Shown here piece after piece: positions 62,929 to 64,000 of a stretch of 64,000 nt of DNA. Both the position numbers and the translations under genes were made by a program. The notes under the pieces are model-generated. The model was given only the letters and a program-made list of their open reading frames with translations, searched no databases and was not told the DNA's origin. The DNA is from Synechococcus sp. UW140 (lineage in GTDB: Bacteria; Pseudomonadota; Alphaproteobacteria; Sphingomonadales; Sphingomonadaceae), in assembly GCA_943367535.1 (NCBI GenBank), contig CALRJK020000012.1:102-64101 (forward strand), written 5' to 3'. Numbering within the stretch: position 1 is the stretch's first letter; the number at the start of each line of letters is the position of its first letter.

Positions 62929-63864
62929 ATGAAGATCATGTCCGGCAATTCAAACCTGCCGCTCGCCCGGGCCATTGCGGCCTATCTCGAAATCCCGCTG
63001 ACCGATGCCAGCGTGCGGCGCTTCTCGGACGAGGAAGTGTTCGTCGAGATTCATGAAAACGTGCGCGGCGAAGATGTGTTCGTTGTCCAGCCGACCAACT
63101 TCCCGGCGAACGACAACCTGATGGAATTGCTGATCTGCATCGATGCGCTGCGCCGCGCGTCGGCCAAGCGGATCACCGCGGTGGTGCCCTATTTCGGCTA
63201 TGCCCGGCAGGACCGCAAACCCGGCCCGCGCACCCCGATCTCTGCCAAGCTGGTGGCGAACCTGATTACTGAGGCAGGCGCTGACCGGATGCTGGCGGTG
63301 GACCTCCACGCCGGGCAGATCCAGGGCTTCTTCGATATCCCGACCGATAACCTCTATGCCGCGCCCGTCATGGCGGCGGATATTCAGGCACGGTATGGCG
63401 ACCAGTCGCTGATGGTGGTTTCGCCCGACGTTGGCGGCGTGGTGCGCGCCCGCGCACTGGCCAAGCGGCTCGATAACGCCCCGCTCGCCATCGTCGACAA
63501 GCGCCGCGACCGTCCGGGCGAATCGGAGGTGATGAACATCATCGGTGACGTTTCGGGGCGGCACTGCATCCTGATCGATGACATCGTCGATTCGGGCGGC
63601 ACGCTGTGCAACGCGGCCGAAGCGCTGCTTGAAGGCGGGGCAAAGTCGGTCGCGGCCTATATCACCCACGGCGTGCTGTCGGGCGGCGCGGTGGCGCGGA
63701 TCAACGGGTCGAGCCTCAAGGAGCTGGTCATCACCGATTCGATCCGCCCGACCGAAGCCGCCGCCGCATCAGACCGCATCCGCATCCTGCCGATTGCCCC
63801 GCTGGTGGGCGAGGCGATCCGCCGGATTGCGGACGAAAGCTCGGTCAGCTCGCTGTTTGACTGA
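62929..63864 (+). CDS. prs: ribose-phosphate pyrophosphokinase
   Basis: [17 protein letters not shown]..., [10 protein letters not shown] and [13 protein letters not shown] motifs. Confidence 0.97.
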   Translation: MKIMSGNSNLPLARAIAAYLEIPLTDASVRRFSDEEVFVEIHENVRGEDVFVVQPTNFPANDNLMELLICIDALRRASAKRITAVVPYFGYARQDRKPGPRTPISAKLVANLITEAGADRMLAVDLHAGQIQGFFDIPTDNLYAAPVMAADIQARYGDQSLMVVSPDVGGVVRARALAKRLDNAPLAIVDKRRDRPGESEVMNIIGDVSGRHCILIDDIVDSGGTLCNAAEALLEGGAKSVAAYITHGVLSGGAVARINGSSLKELVITDSIRPTEAAAASDRIRILPIAPLVGEAIRRIADESSVSSLFD

Positions 63865-64000
63865 TGCTTGACCCTGTCGAAGTGCGCGGGCTGCTCGTCG
63901 AAGCTGCCCGCGCGCGGCAGGTGTTCACCTATGGTGTGCTGCTGGGCATTCTCGGCCACACCTTCACCCGTCCCCTGATGCGCCATCTTTGCAAGGTGCT
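63864..64000 (+). CDS. partial ORF running off the window (unknown function)
   Basis: The ATG overlaps the prs stop (TGATG). It reads [34 protein letters not shown]..., and only 45 codons are visible. Confidence 0.3.
   Translation, partial: MLDPVEVRGLLVEAARARQVFTYGVLLGILGHTFTRPLMRHLCKV

Noticed and set aside
1-64000. Window-wide look for CRISPR arrays, rRNA/tRNA genes, IS elements, transposases, integrases and prophage genes.
   Set aside because: No regularly spaced direct repeats were seen. No GGTTCGAATCC-type tRNA T-arm lies in any intergenic gap. No DDE/tyrosine-recombinase-like ORFs were found. This search was by eye only, so small or degenerate elements could have been missed.

Overview
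High-GC alphaproteobacterial chromosomal segment. The gene content (ctrA, DUF4167, lptB-rpoN, a TonB-dependent receptor, GtrA-type envelope glycan genes) suggests Sphingomonadales or Erythrobacteraceae, but that is inference only. I support about 60 protein-coding genes. I found no rRNA, tRNA, CRISPR array, transposase or integrase. Much of the window is housekeeping: polA, metK, lnt, prmC, prfA, hisS, ppa, lptB, rpoN, ctrA, trmB, maeB, mutS, hbd, the PduO-type adenosyltransferase, gluQ and prs. The most system-like and least explained part is 1.4-15.4 kb. It holds an operon of an SDR (catalytic Tyr reads Phe), TPP-dependent E1 alpha/beta, a free-standing 77-aa lipoyl carrier and a SnoaL-like protein, with no E2 core or E3. 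This is followed by a translationally coupled operon of about 9 kb: Rossmann protein, TIM-barrel isomerase, degenerate GtrB-like GT2, FAD oxidoreductase, a 691-aa polytopic membrane protein, GtrA, and a GT2 fused to a GT-C-like membrane domain. A fatty-acid hydroxylase and a GNAT follow. I read this as a candidate lipid-carrier-linked sugar remodelling and transfer pathway of unknown product. Non-coding highlights are listed here. (1) Two perfect 16-bp parS palindromes lie 22.7 kb apart, each in a convergent-gene gap and each with a shared flanking motif of about 29 nt. (2) Three exact ATCCACAG DnaA-box cores lie within 38 bp between gluQ and an HNH gene. (3) An intrinsic terminator plus a CU-rich motif upstream of a Cdc48-like AAA+ gene suggests an sRNA or attenuator. 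(4) GANTC and TTAAC sites lie upstream of ctrA. (5) An AT-rich, GANTC-dense leader carries an anti-SD hairpin in front of a GH16 lipoprotein gene. Other oddities are a Tat-signal PLP aminotransferase, a DUF305/LVIVD-propeller fusion, a lipoprotein gene wedged between scoA and scoB, and a small low-GC islet with an orphan gene. All functional calls come from motif recognition by eye; no searches were run.
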